From: Macrostomum lignano
Lineage: Eukaryota
DNA length: 64,000 nt
Direction: 5' to 3'
Assembly (NCBI GenBank): GCA_002269645.1
Contig: NIVC01000513.1
Coordinates: forward strand, 186,001 to 250,000
Shown here: positions 12,586 through 24,949 of the stretch, in pieces
Layout of the letters: each line of letters begins with the position of its first letter
Numbering within the stretch: the first letter of the stretch is position 1
Made by a program: the position numbers and the translations under genes
Notes under the pieces: model-generated
Told to the model about the DNA's origin: nothing
What the model saw: only the letters and a program-made list of their open reading frames with translations
Databases searched by the model: none

Positions 12586-12733
12586 ATGCGCCGCGCAATC
12601 GCTGCGGCTGAGCTGTCGGTTGCACATCTTGTCACGGTAACCTTTTCAACGGGCCCAACTCCAGCGAACTACTTAGCAGCAGCAAGCAGGATTAAACTAC
12701 CCCGCCCCGCGTTGTCAATAGCAACACAGCCGG

Positions 12734-15187
12734 TCACACCCGATAGAAGGCCGGCCCGAGCCGCAGCGCCTGTCCCAGGCCGATCTTATCCAGCTTCAAT
12801 CGCAGCGCAGGCTGCTTTCTCACTTCTCCATCGCCGACAGCTGATAAGTAGTAGGATGCTGTGTGCGAGGTCGCCAGTTCGAATCTCGGCACGGCGTACA
12901 CCAGCCCATGGTTGGCCAGCCAGACGGCAGTGAGCAGAGCGGGCAGACGGCAGGGCGCAGCGGCCAGAGCCAGCAGGCCCCGGTCGCAGGCCCGCCACAC
13001 CAGGTGGAAGGCCAGCAGCACGCCGGCAAAGGCGGCAAAGGTGGGCAGCATGAACAGCAGCACAGCGAATGCCAAGGTGCAGAGCAGCAGCTGGTCCAGC
13101 TGGTAGGGCGCGCTGTCGGCTCTCAGACGCAGCGGATTCCACTTGCGGCCGCGCAGCAGCCGGGCGGCGGCGCCGAGCAGTCGGAGCTGCAGACAGCAGA
13201 GCCGGCAGCACAGAGAGTCCAGCAGGCGCAGGTGCAGCGCTAGGAGGCGGCAGAAGTCGGACAGCAGGGCGAGCTGGCAGGGAGCGCCGCCCACAGCCGC
13301 TAGAAGGAGGCTGGCCCGCCACAGGTTGGCCGTGATAATGGGCAGCAGGAGAGAGTCGGTCCACTGGTGCCAGATGCTCAGCTGGTAGGCCAAACCCTGG
13401 GAGAGATTATTCAGGTAGAGAATAATGTGCGAATCGTGCTACTCACAAGACTGACTGCAAGTAGTGTGTTCAATCCTTGCTTACTGTCTTATTGGCACAC
13501 AAGCGCGCGGATACGTACGCAGTCATACGCACAGGCACACACTCGCACAGGAGTGTACAGCGGCCCTAACTTTATTTATCGTTAGGCATGTACACTTCAC
13601 TGTGCCTTGGGGTTTGGCCAACAAGGCTGCTAAACTTAACTGAAAAAACTGGGAGAATCCCTAAGAAACACACAAAGGAAATCCCTTAATGACATACGCT
13701 CGTGCAATAGTCTATGGCCGCTGCGCCCAAATGCCGCCTCCCTCATCCCTTCCTAATATATAAGTGTCCTAGCTTCATCATCTTGTTACAAGCCCCGCTA
13801 ACATTAATGTGGTCCTAAAGCCAAATAAACAAGCAAAGCAAGATACGAGCTTCGTTATTCATCAAGCACTAGAGTTGCCATCAGAGCATCACACTTAACT
13901 AAAAAAACTGGGGGAATCCCTAACAAACAGGCAAGGGAAATCTCTAAACTAAAAAAATGGGGGAATCCCAACAAACAGGCAAGGGAAATCTCTAAACTAA
14001 AAAAATGGGGGAATCCCAACAAACACACAAGGGAAATTCCTGAACTGAAAAAACTTGGGAATCCCTTACAAACACACAAAGGAAATCCTAAAAACCACGC
14101 AAGGAAAATCCCAAAACTTGAGGAATCCCTAACAAACACACAAGGGAAATCCCTAAACTAAAAAAACTTGGGGAATCCCTAACAAACACACAAGGAAATC
14201 CCTAAACTGAAAGAACTGGTGGAATCCCAAACAAACAAAAGGAAATAAAAAAACGAAAAAGACTGGGGGAATCCCTAACAAACACGCATGGGAAATCCCT
14301 AAACTGCGCCAATGTAAAAATCAATTGCAAATTAGCATTCAAGCGCAGCAAATGTGTCACACAACACCACCACACCGCGCACACACCTGAGCCAGCACCC
14401 TCGCAGCCCCGCTATGCAGCTTCAGTCCTGCCGGGTAGCGCCTCAGCCATTCGAGAGCCGAGCGCAGCGCCAACTCCAACTGCGCAGTCCAGTGACGCAG
14501 CGCAAACGCGCATCCGCCGCTATCGCCACCCCGACAGCAAACCGGATTCAAGCCGCTGACTGCATCGCAGAAGCAATTCGCAGCCAGAACCAAGCAGGCT
14601 CCTAGAAGCAGCTGCAACGCCAGCTGTGCCGCAGCGTGCGGATTCGAATTCGGCGGCAGAGATAATTTGAAATTTTGCCAAGCGGAACGAATCCGACTGA
14701 TGGTTGCGCACCAGGATAGTGCCGTTGCTAATAACGACGCAGGCTTCTGGTTAGCAACCCCGGCTGCAGGACCAGCTGGTCTAGCCAGACTGCTGGGACA
14801 GCCCAGCTGCTGTCTGAAGGCATCCAACCGAGGCCCAGTTGGTGGCAGAGCTCCCAGCGAGTCCGACGGATGAGTCATGAACAAACTGTCTCTGACAGAC
14901 CGGGGATCGTAGAACACAATGAGTGTGGATTCACTCATTAGCAGGTCATCCAGAGGTTCAACATTATCAATGTCATCGGCAAATTCCAGCACAGTGGCCA
15001 CTCGTTGAGCTTCGTTGCGACGGCCTGTTAGCGTAGTTGAACTATTTTTATTAGGCGGCAACTTCAAAGAGGTTGCCAGCATCGATTCAGGTAAGAATAG
15101 AAGCCACTGAGGGCTGCTGGGTGGAGCAGCTGTTGGCTCTTCGTGCATTTCGGTAGGTGAGAAATTTGCTGGAATAGGAATGTACAT
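12734..15187 (-). CDS. PIGQ: Phosphatidylinositol N-acetylglucosaminyltransferase subunit Q (PIG-Q/GPI1), 2 exons, 487 aa
   Basis: Exons 15187-14387 and 13396-12734 (CAG|GTGTGT donor, CCAG acceptor, phase 0). Motifs EWLRRYPAGLKLH and LLRGRKWNPLRLRADSAPYQLDQLLLCTLAFAVLLFMLPT match the Gpi1 domain. Confidence 0.92.
13640..14305. repeat. Degenerate ~40-bp tandem repeat (AAACT..GGGAATCCC..ACAAACAC..GGAAAT) in the PIGQ intron
   Basis: Repeated GGGAATCCC/GGAAATCCC units. Confidence 0.85.
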
Positions 15188-15239
15188 TTTTGTTATCTTA
15201 TGGAGAGGCAGAGTGTACTAAGTGGCAGAGTGTACACTA

Positions 15240-15650
15240 GGGGCACGGAATCCGGATGGGGGTTAAATGTACCAGGGGGAATCAGAGTTGGGTTGAATGT
15301 ACACTAAAAACAGGGAATCCAAGTGGGGTTCAATGTACACTAGGAACAGGGAATCCAAGTGGGGTTCAATGTACACTAGGGGCAGGGAATCCAAGTGGGG
15401 TTCAATGTACACTAGGGGCAGGGAATCCGGGTGGGGTTGAATGTACACTAGGGGCAGGGAATTCGGGATAAGGTTGAATGTACACTAGGGGCAGGGAATC
15501 CGGGTGGGGTTGAATGTACATTAGGAGCAGGGAAAGGGAATCCGGGTGGGGTTCAATGTACATTAGGAGCAGGGAAAGGGAATCCGGGTGGGTTGAATGT
15601 ACATTAGGAGCAGGGAAAGGGAATCCGGGTGGGTTGAATGTACATTAGAA
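15240..15650. repeat. Minisatellite, ~36-bp unit GGGGTTCAATGTACACTAGGGGCAGGGAATCCAAGT; degenerate relative at ~15950-16170
   Basis: Tandem array between ALKBH7 and PIGQ. Confidence 0.92.
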
Positions 15651-16203
15651 GCAGGGTCTAGCATTAACAAAGTTAAGGTAGGGGTAAGAGGCATCGGGAC
15701 ACTTAACAATTGAAACAAAGTGAATTCGACCCAATACTCGTAATTATGTCTCTAAAAATCGGGATATTTGTCATTAAATCAAAGCAAAAAAACACTCTAA
15801 TGGGTCAATATTTAGCATGTATTTTTATAGAAACTGCAAAACGAAAAAGAGCCAACAGCGCTAAAATGCGACACAAATAAGAAGCAGAAATCGATATCTC
15901 AAAATTTAGACGTACGAATACATTCAAGGCAGATGACATTAGAGGCCAGAGAATCCTACGATGGTTGGATGTACAGAAGGGGAACAGGGAGTCAGATGAT
16001 GGCTGGATGTACATTTGGGGTTAGAATCCGACGATGGTTGGATGTACATTGGGGGGGCAGAGAATTCGATGATTGCTAGGTGTACACTGGGGAGCAGAGA
16101 ATCCAATGATGCCGCGGCTGGGTGTACATTAAGGGGCAGAGAATCCGATGTACGATTGTACATTGAATGTACATTGAAGGACAGACATACGCCATCACAG
16201 TCA

Positions 16204-16956
16204 TCACGAAGATCCATCCTGGCCACCATCGGCAGCTTTAACTCTCTCCGGATCAGGCTGACACCGACAGATGACGGAAACCCGCCTGCCCTTCCTCACA
16301 ACCTGCTTGCCAATGCAATTATTGGCATCGTCATTGCCCAGCACAGCGTGCGCATAGTCGTACCGCAGCCGGTCTTTCATAACGTAAAGAGACCGACGCG
16401 GCAGCAGCACTTTGGCCCAAGCGGATTGCTCGGCGGTTGCTAGGGTGAATCGCATCACGCAGTCGGACAGCAAGCTCAGGCCTGCTATGATGGAGCCGCA
16501 GAATCTCACCGCATCCACGTGCGGCCGGATGTGACCGTCTTCGGCCAAGTCTAGCACGTGGACATGCTCCAGCTGGGACTTTCCGGTCAGTCCGGCTGTC
16601 TCGGCCACTCGCTGAAGCAGCGCGCGATTCGCATCCGACCAGACGGTGCGCTCCGTCTCCCGGTAGTTGTGGATGGCGTCGTCCCAGTGCGCAGACTCGT
16701 AGCGCAATTTACGGAGAATCGGCTGCAGCTCCGACATCAGGGCGGCCTCCTCCGACTCAGAGATGAACTGGGGGAACAGGCTGAGATGGCTGCGGATGTC
16801 CTGCTCAGTAGCGGCGTCAGATGCTTCAACACGAACGACTGGAGGAGGGTGACCGGATGTCGGCGATGCTGTGATGGCGGCGCAGCATCGAACTAGGAGG
16901 CATCGATGTTCCCGAAGAAGATGGACAAGAAGACGCGAAGGAGAGGTGCTGAGCAT
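16204..16956 (-). CDS. ALKBH7: Alpha-ketoglutarate-dependent dioxygenase AlkB homolog 7, single exon, 250 aa
   Basis: LRYESAHWDDAIHNYRETER, HVLDLAEDGHIRPHVDAVRFCGSIIAGLSLLS (HxD), LLPRRSLYVM...RYDYAHAV and GRRVSVICR are ALKBH7 signatures. Confidence 0.96.
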   Translation of the reverse strand: MLSTSPSRLLVHLLREHRCLLVRCCAAITASPTSGHPPPVVRVEASDAATEQDIRSHLSLFPQFISESEEAALMSELQPILRKLRYESAHWDDAIHNYRETERTVWSDANRALLQRVAETAGLTGKSQLEHVHVLDLAEDGHIRPHVDAVRFCGSIIAGLSLLSDCVMRFTLATAEQSAWAKVLLPRRSLYVMKDRLRYDYAHAVLGNDDANNCIGKQVVRKGRRVSVICRCQPDPERVKAADGGQDGSS

Positions 16957-17044
16957 GTTGGGGATTGCTGGAAAAGTTCAGCGGGTATGAAGGTTGAAAT
17001 ACGGCGATTGGATGTTGCAATATTATATAGATGACAGCTAAGGA

Positions 17045-18367
17045 CTGTGTTGGACAGACTGGGCTGGTGTTGGATAAACTGGGAAGGTGTTGGATTGATT
17101 GGGATGGTGTTGGATAAACTGGGATGGTGTTGGATAGACTGGGCTGGTGTTGGATAGACTGGACTGGTATTGGATAAACTGGGATGGTGTTGGATAAACT
17201 GGAATTGTGTTGGATAAACTGGGATGGTGTTGGATTGATTGGGATGGTGTTGGATAAACTGGGATGGTGTTGGATAGACTGGGCTGGTGTTGGATAGACT
17301 GGACTGGTATTGGATAAACTGGGATGGTGTTGGATAAACTGGAATTGTGTTGGATAAACTGGAATTGTGTTGGATAAACTGGGATGGTGTTGGATAAACT
17401 GGAATTGTGTTGGATAAACTGGGATTGTGTTGGATAAACTGGGATGGTGTTGGATAAACTGGGATGGTGTTGGATAGACTGGACTGGTATTGGATAAACT
17501 GGGATGGTGTTGTATAAACTGGAATTGTGTTGGATAAACTGGGATGGTGTTGGATAGACTGGACTGGTATTGGATAAACTGGGATGGTGTTGGATAAACT
17601 GGAATTGTGTTGGATAAACTGGGATGGTGTTGGATAAACTGGAATTGTGTTGGATAAACTGGGATGGTGTTGGATAGACTGGAATTGTGTTGGATAAACT
17701 GGGATGGTGTTGGATAAACTGGAATTGTGTTGGATAAACTGGGATGGTGTTGGATAGACTGGAATTGTGTTGGATAAACTGGGATTGTGTTGGATAAACT
17801 GGGACGGTGTTGGATAGACTGGAATTGTGTTGGATAAACTGGGATGGCGTTGGATAAACTGGAATTGTGTTGGATAAACTGGGATTGTGTTGGATAAACT
17901 GGGATGGTGTTGGATAGACTGGAATTGTGTTGGATAAACTGGAATTGTGTTGGATAAACTGGGACGGTGTTGGATAGACTGGAATTGTGTTGGATAAACT
18001 GGGATGGTGTTGGATAAACTGGAATTGTGTTGGATAAACTGGGATTGTGTTGGATAAACTGGGATTGTGTTGGATAGACTGGAATTGTGTTGGATAGACT
18101 GGACTGGTATTGGATAAACTGGGATGGTGTTGGATAAACTGGAATTGTGTTGGATAAACTGGGATGGTGTTGGATAGACTGGAATTGTGTTGGATAAACT
18201 GGGATGGTGTTGGATAAACTGGGATGGTGTTGGATAAACTGGAATTGTGTTGGATAAACTGGGATTGTGTTGGATAAACTGGGATTGTGTTGGATAGACT
18301 GGGATGGTGTTGGATAAACTGGGATTGTGTTGGATAGACTGGGCTGGTGTTGGATAGACTGGACTGG
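17045..18367. repeat. Minisatellite, 20-bp unit TGGATAAACTGGGATGGTGT and variants (~65 copies)
   Basis: Long tandem array; source of the spurious 585-aa ORF. Confidence 0.97.
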
Positions 18368-18869
18368 TGAAGAATCGATGGGTCGATGTTTAGTGTATAT
18401 AATCAAGCCTGAGGGATAAGAAGGCCCAGAAACAGTGCCGAGTTTCTGCTGCAAAACAGGCTCATAACCCTGAAAAACTAGGAAGCGCACATCGATCGTC
18501 ACACCGGCCATTCCGGACCAGAACCGACACTCAATAAAAAATCTTATGTGTCCCTTCTCCACTCCGGCTCCGCTACTCTTCACTAGAAAGACCGGGAATT
18601 AAACGCCAATGACTGTAAGTATACAGCCTGATTGAACCCCGCCCTTGAAATCCCAATCGCGTATCCATAATAGATCCCCCTTTTTTCTATCCCACCCACT
18701 CCAACATGCCAACGCCCTGAGAGGGACCAAGGCAGAGTGAGAAGGGCAGAGAGGCCAAACCAACTTTTGCGACATTCCCTGAAAACTCCCCCAAGTGTAC
18801 GCACTAAAGTCTCAAGCGCTGTGTACGCGGGACTCTAGGGATAAAGAAGTGAGGAGAGAGCAGAGAATA

Positions 18870-19673
18870 ATGGCCAATTCTTTGCGTGCTACTGCCGCTA
18901 CAAAAGCTGTTGGTTCCCTGACTCACACAGAAAATTGCAAAGCCAACTGTTCTCAGCGTAAAAGCCACAAAAAACAGACAGAAATGCTGAATACGCCGCG
19001 TCAGCTAACGCTAATCTACGCGGCCTGTCAGTGCCTGTCAGCCTGTCTGGACATCGGAGCTTTGATTGCCTCGGCTGTGGCAGCTTTCGGTGACACAGGC
19101 GGAGGCCGAACCGGCGACGTATGCAAGAGGGGCAGCGGCAACCAGGAGATCTGCCGGTTCCCAGTCTGGTCTCTCAGCGTAGCCATTGTGGGACACCTGG
19201 GCATGCTAGCCTACAGTGCGGTGGCTGTGCAAGGACCAGTCTCGGCCACTCAGACCACTGCCGCTGTGCTCATTGGAGGCGGCTGCCTAGCAGCTGAACT
19301 GGCGCCAGCTATCATTATCAGTTCATCGTTCAGTTCAGCTGAAGCCGGATGGCGACCAGCGGCGGCACTGATGTACACAGCTTCAGTAATCAGCCTGGCC
19401 CAACTCCTGCTACTTGCAGCGTCAAGGAAGCTGTTCAAAAAGCTGTCAAAGACAACTAATAGTCATCTCTCTACCAAGACGCCTGTTTCAACCGTGGACA
19501 GCAGAGTAACGGCAAGCGATCAGGGCGGCTTTGCCGGTTCAACGATGCGCAAATCCTTCTTCACAAGATTGGCGTCGCTGGGGCGACGAAAGCAGTCAGA
19601 AAAACAGGAGCGGCCCGATTCGGGTGAGAATGCAGCATTGGTTGACCTGTGGCCACCTTCTATGGACTTTTAA
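18870..19673 (+). CDS. Uncharacterised four-transmembrane protein (claudin/PMP22-like topology), single exon, up to 267 aa
   Basis: Non-repetitive GC-rich ORF with four hydrophobic segments, two Cys in the first loop (DVCK...EICR) and a basic cytoplasmic tail. The start could be ATG 18870 or 18984. Confidence 0.65.
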   Translation: MANSLRATAATKAVGSLTHTENCKANCSQRKSHKKQTEMLNTPRQLTLIYAACQCLSACLDIGALIASAVAAFGDTGGGRTGDVCKRGSGNQEICRFPVWSLSVAIVGHLGMLAYSAVAVQGPVSATQTTAAVLIGGGCLAAELAPAIIISSSFSSAEAGWRPAAALMYTASVISLAQLLLLAASRKLFKKLSKTTNSHLSTKTPVSTVDSRVTASDQGGFAGSTMRKSFFTRLASLGRRKQSEKQERPDSGENAALVDLWPPSMDF

Positions 19674-19849
19674 CACTTGTTTTGATAAATTCTGCTATCA
19701 CTAACAACTCTTCGTAATTTAGATAATTCACTAATCATTAATTTTATTAGACTGGGACACTGCCACCCTCAGATATTTGTTGCTGGGCCAGACTTATAGA
19801 TCATCAGCTGCTTGGTCATCTTACTATTGCAATAGATCATCAGTGCCAT

Positions 19850-20182
19850 CTTCCCAGATCCTCAGTTGCTGGGCCAGCCTGCCAGATCCTCAGGTGCTGG
19901 GCCAGCCTCCCAGATCCTCAGTTGCTGGGCCAGCCTCCCAGCTCCTCAGTTGCTGGGTTCGCCTCACAGATCCAAGTTAATGGGCGACCCTTCCAGATCC
20001 CATTTGCTTCCCACAGTCCCAGATCCCATTTGCTTCCCACAGTCCCAGATCCCATTTGCTTCCCACAGTCCCAGATCCCATTCGCTTGCCACAGTCCCAG
20101 ATCTCATTTGCTTGCCACAGTCCCAGATCCCATTCGCTTGCCACAGTCCCAGATCCCATTCGCTTGCCACAGTCCCAGATCC
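19850..20182. repeat. Two adjacent minisatellites: 28-bp CTCAGTTGCTGGGCCAGCCTCCCAGATC and 26-bp CCACAGTCCCAGATCCCATTTGCTTC
   Basis: Both share the CCCAGATCC core. Confidence 0.92.
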
Positions 20183-20929
20183 AGCTTGCCGAAAACTCCA
20201 AATCCAACACACAGACCAGTACCCGAGACCGTACAGCAGCGCCAATCCTGACGATGCCAGCCCCTACGCCGTATCGAACGTATTCGGCGTGCGAGAACAA
20301 CAGATGAACCAGTGGCAGCACCACAGCAGCAATACTTATCACACGACAACTACCAGCAGCCATATTACGGTACAGTCAGCACATCAAACGAGGCCGCCGC
20401 TAATAACAAAGGCTTCACTTCAGACGAAGGAGGAGGAGAAAAAACAGAACAATTAAAGTCGCAAGCGGCCTGGCCCTACAGTACTACTGAAATATAAACT
20501 CAAGTAGTGTGTTTAACCACTAGAAATCTAACATTTTTCTAGCTTATCCTATTTCTAAGCATATTATAAACAGTTTTTAATAATTTGTCAATACAGTTAA
20601 AGAAAATTTGCAACACATATTTCTACGAGTAACGTTAATAACTAAATTTTTATTCTTATTTCATATATTTTTTAAACCGACTATTTTCAAGTATGCAATT
20701 AACATTATTATAAATTACTGTATAAGTCAAAGCCATAGTTTTACCTGGCAGTATATAAATATGAATGACACTGAATAGCACTAGACAGAATTATAAATGC
20801 CTAACAGTTTTTATTGACATAATTATTTTGAATTAAGCAAACTATTTTAGACAAAATTTCACCTGCTGTCAATTCATAATTATTATAGTTAGCAGACAGC
20901 TTGGCCCAGGATGCCAGGACTTTGGGAGC

Positions 20930-23450
20930 CTAGGAAGCGCTGGCAGCCACGCCAGGGTCATAATTCTCCTTAGCAACCAAGGAAGCTGGCGCCACCGCAG
21001 CAGCTGCAGGATTAGCGGCGCTGGTCGGATTGGCACCGTCCATTGTGTCGGATTTTTTATTGCTACTCTCCGACACCTGCTGGTGCCGCTGCTGCGACTC
21101 AGCTGACTGGCTGAGTGGCTTAAATGGAAAACAATGCAATTTTCAAGAGTCAAAAGTAAGCAGCCAAAATGATAATTTTAAACTTTACACTTCGGAGTTC
21201 ATAGTCTACTTGAAAAGCAACATATACTACTTAGTACTTGAACTGATTTTCAATTGAGGACTACTAAGTATTTATTTTTAATTGGGGTCATAAAGTATTG
21301 ATTTTTCTTCAGGGGTCAAAAAATATTGATTTTTTAAGTTCATAAAGTATTAATTTTTCTTCGGGGGTCATAAAGTATTGATTTTTTTCTTCGGGGGTCA
21401 TAAAGTATTGATTTTTAATAGGGGGTCATAAAGTATTGATTTTTATTAGGGGTTCATAAAGTATTGATTTTTAATAAGGGGTCATAAAGTATTGATTTTT
21501 AATAGGGGGTCATAAAGTATTGATTTTTAATAGGGGGTCATAAAGTATTGATTTTTCTTCGGGGTCATAAAGTATTGATTTTTCTTCGGGGGTCATAAAG
21601 TATTGATTTTTAATAGGGGGTCATAAAGTATTGATTTTTAATTGGGGGTCATAAAGTATTGATTTTTAATTGGGGGTCATAAAGTATTGATTTTTAATAG
21701 GGGGTCATAAAGTATTGATTTTTCTTCGGGGGTCATAAAGTATTGATTTTTAATAGGGGGTCATAAAGTATTGATTTTTAATTGGGGGTCATAAAGTATT
21801 GATTTTTAATTGGGGGTCATAAAGTATTGATTTTTAATAGGGGTCATAAAGTATTGATTTTTCTTCGGGGGTCATAAAGTATTGATTTTTAATAGGGGGT
21901 CATAAAGTATTGATTTTTAATTGGGGGTCATAAAGTATTGATTTTTAATTGGGGGTCATAAAGTATTGATTTTTAATAGGGGGTCATAAAGTATTGACTT
22001 ATACTTTGGGGTCATAAAGTATTGATTTTTAATAGGGGGTCATACAGTATAGATTTTTAATTAGGGTGAAAAGGTTATGATTTCAACTTGGGACTATGAA
22101 GGAAATTTTGCTTTAAAAAAACATCGGTCATAAAATGAAAACGAAATTATCAATCACAATACCTGCTGCTGCTGTGGCTCCGCATCAGCGGACTGCTGCT
22201 TCTGTACAGAACCGGACCCTGAGTCGGCAGCCTCAGCAGCGCCAGCGACAGCCTGGCAACCAGCTACGGCTGCTTCGAAGGCAGAATCGGCAGTGGCGCC
22301 CGCGACACTCTCGCCCCAGTCGATGCCGCGTCTGGTGATCCGCGGATTGCCGGCCAGGATCTGCCTGGCCAGCTTGTCGTACTGCGGCCGGTCTGGCGGA
22401 GTCTCACGCAGCTGCTCGTCTGAGTACTCGTTGTTCACGTAGTAGCCGACGCGGATGAACTCCTGCCGGCAGGTGCGCGGCGGTGGGCTTGAGTAGATGT
22501 ACTTGAATCTGTCTAGTCTAGTAGAGGCTGTCTCTGGTTATCTATGGAGTTTTCTCTGCTAGCCTGTCTTCTGGGGTCTGTCTTTAAGGTTGTTTTTGAA
22601 GGATCTGTTTTTGGGGGATCTGTTTTTGGAGGATCTGTTTTTGGAGGATGTTTTTGGGGGATCTGTTTTTGGGGGATGTTTTTGGGGGAACTGTTTTTGG
22701 GGGATCTGTTTTTGGGGATCTGTTTTTGGGGGATCTGTTTTTGGGAGATCTGTTTTTGAGGGATCTGTTTTTGGGGATCTGTTTTTGGGGGATCTGTTTT
22801 TGGGAGATCTGTCTGCGAGGGATGTCTCAGGGGGGATATCTCTGGGGGGTCTGCCTCAGGGGGAATGTCTCTGTGGGATCTGTCTCAGGGGGAATTTCTC
22901 TCGGGGATCAGCCTCAGGGGGAATGTCTCAGGGGATATGTCTCTGGAAGATCTGTGTCTGGGGGATCTGTCTCTGGAGGGAATCTGTCTCTAGGGGGGGG
23001 GGGGGATCTTTCGGGGCGCTGACGCCTTGGGATGGCAGACTTCAAGAAATCGTAATTAACCAGAATTAACCGAGCTTCGTACTTCCTGGTACACAATCTC
23101 ACTAATAGAAATAAAATTTTCAGTTAAAAGCGACAAACCTGATCGCGATACAGACAGGCCACAATCACAACGGTGACTCCAACAGCATCTTCAACTGGAA
23201 TAACGTCAGTATTTGGCGGGCCAGCCTCGAACACGAACTGATGCTTGCCAACTGGCACTGGGCCGACCAAGATGGAGTCCAGAGTCTGGTCTAGAGACAT
23301 ATTATAAGCGCTAGACACGTAGATCAATCGCCACTCCAAGTCCTCCTCCAGCGGTTCGTAGCACTCGAATGTGATTTTGAAGCGAAATGGGCTGAGAAAG
23401 GTGGCCTCTGTGTCCAGGACTTCCACATTTGAAATGTTAACTTTGGCCAT
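20930..23450 (-). CDS. ASF1: Histone chaperone ASF1, 3 exons, ~266 aa
   Basis: Exons 23450-23139, 22462-22163, 21118-20930, all phase 0 with GT-AG. MAKVNISNVEVLD...FRFKITFECYEPLEEDLEW...ILVGPVPVGKHQFVFEA...AVGVTV...EFIRVGYYVNNEY...NPRITR..IDW is the ASF1 core, followed by an Ala/Gln/Ser-rich tail. Confidence 0.95.
21290..22050. repeat. Intronic minisatellite, 28/29-bp unit GGGGGTCATAAAGTATTGATTTTTAATA
   Basis: Fills ASF1 intron 2. Confidence 0.96.
22565..22975. repeat. Intronic ~14-15-bp repeat GGGGATCTGTTTTT grading into GGGATCTGTCTC variants
   Basis: Within ASF1 intron 1. Confidence 0.9.
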
Positions 23451-24949
23451 GGCTGCGTTCAGATTATTGCTTGCAGACAAAAATTCCAATCGATTAGCAG
23501 AGGGTTATGAATAATTTTACTTATTCAAGTAAGAGACAAGCAAGTAAAAATTATATTCAAATTTATTGTTGAAAAATACAATTGGTAGTCTTTTCTTGTA
23601 TTTTCATGCAATACATTATATAAAATTCAATTTAGATTTAGAATGCTGATGAGAAAAGTAGAAGAATAAGTAATATGGATCACTCACTGGGGCCATTGGA
23701 TAAATATTTAGGGCACTGATTACTGATTTGGGGCCACTAAATACCGGATAGGTTCACAGAATACTAATAGGGCTATTTAAATAACAAATCAAATAGTATT
23801 AAATAACTAATTAACTAAATAAATAACTAATATCTAGAACCTAGTATTTATCTTAGATACTTAATACATCCAATATAATGTTGCTCTTAAGCTGACACAC
23901 TCCTAGACTTTATTTCAATGCATCATTACATTTTTATTGGGTCATTAAATTTCTTTTTATTAATATTGCCTTATATATTATGACTTCGGGTTAGGATTTG
24001 GCAAGGAACAAGTCAAATTTATCACAATTCAATTTGCCAAAAGCAGTTTTTTCTGCTAAAAATGTTTGTCTTTACTTTTGAGTTAATGGTCCTATATGAT
24101 TATCTTATATATGATGCTTATATAATTTTATAAGTTAATAGTCCCATGTGTGCAATATAGCCAATGAGTTGCTATTTGTATCATGATAGTAAATGAGCCA
24201 ATATATATCATCTAAATGAATATGATTAACATGTTCAATGATTCATAATGAGCCAATGTTTATAGCACTGAGGGAGATATTGTTATACAATTATATATGT
24301 ACATAACAAAAATTATTTAAACTAGCCATGCAGCTTATCTTTTTACCAATGCAACTTACCTAGGTAGAAAAGAAATGTAAGAAAAATGAATATAGTTATG
24401 GATAAATGACAGGAGTAACTATGATTGTATTATTAAAGTTAATCGTTTCATTATCTAATTTATATTACATTTATATTTTTAGATATTTTAAGTAAGCATT
24501 TTTTCAACTTACCTTGGCTAAGAACCTTGCTATTTGCCAGCCAGCCAGAATGACTGGCTTAGCTGAGTGGTGCACATGTACATGTACAATAGAAAGAATA
24601 CTTCAAGTTGGACTTAGTCCTAGTGCATGACAATGTGACTTTTATGACTTACAATTATGACTTTCTATAAAATTTTAATTATTATGCATTTATAGTGGCT
24701 ATAAACAAATTGTATACATGTATAACAAGAAAGGTCAATGTATAATTTGATAGAACTTTTTATTGCATATTTCCTTTCTTTTCATAAAAAAATCTTTCTA
24801 TAGATTTGGCCAATATCTACCAATAAACAAGAACACTAGATATTCATTAAAAATAAATGTATTAATGAACAAGCTTACATGGTCAAAATATTTATATATA
24901 TAGAGGGTTAACAATGTTTACTACTCTTTTGTTAGCAAAAATATGATAT

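Noticed and set aside
16826-18583. 585-aa minus-strand ORF, and similar long ORFs at 7499-8227, 31106-32090, 37636-38725, 51937-52983, 60613-61565
   Set aside because: All coincide with minisatellites, several inside introns of well-supported genes; no non-repetitive domain.
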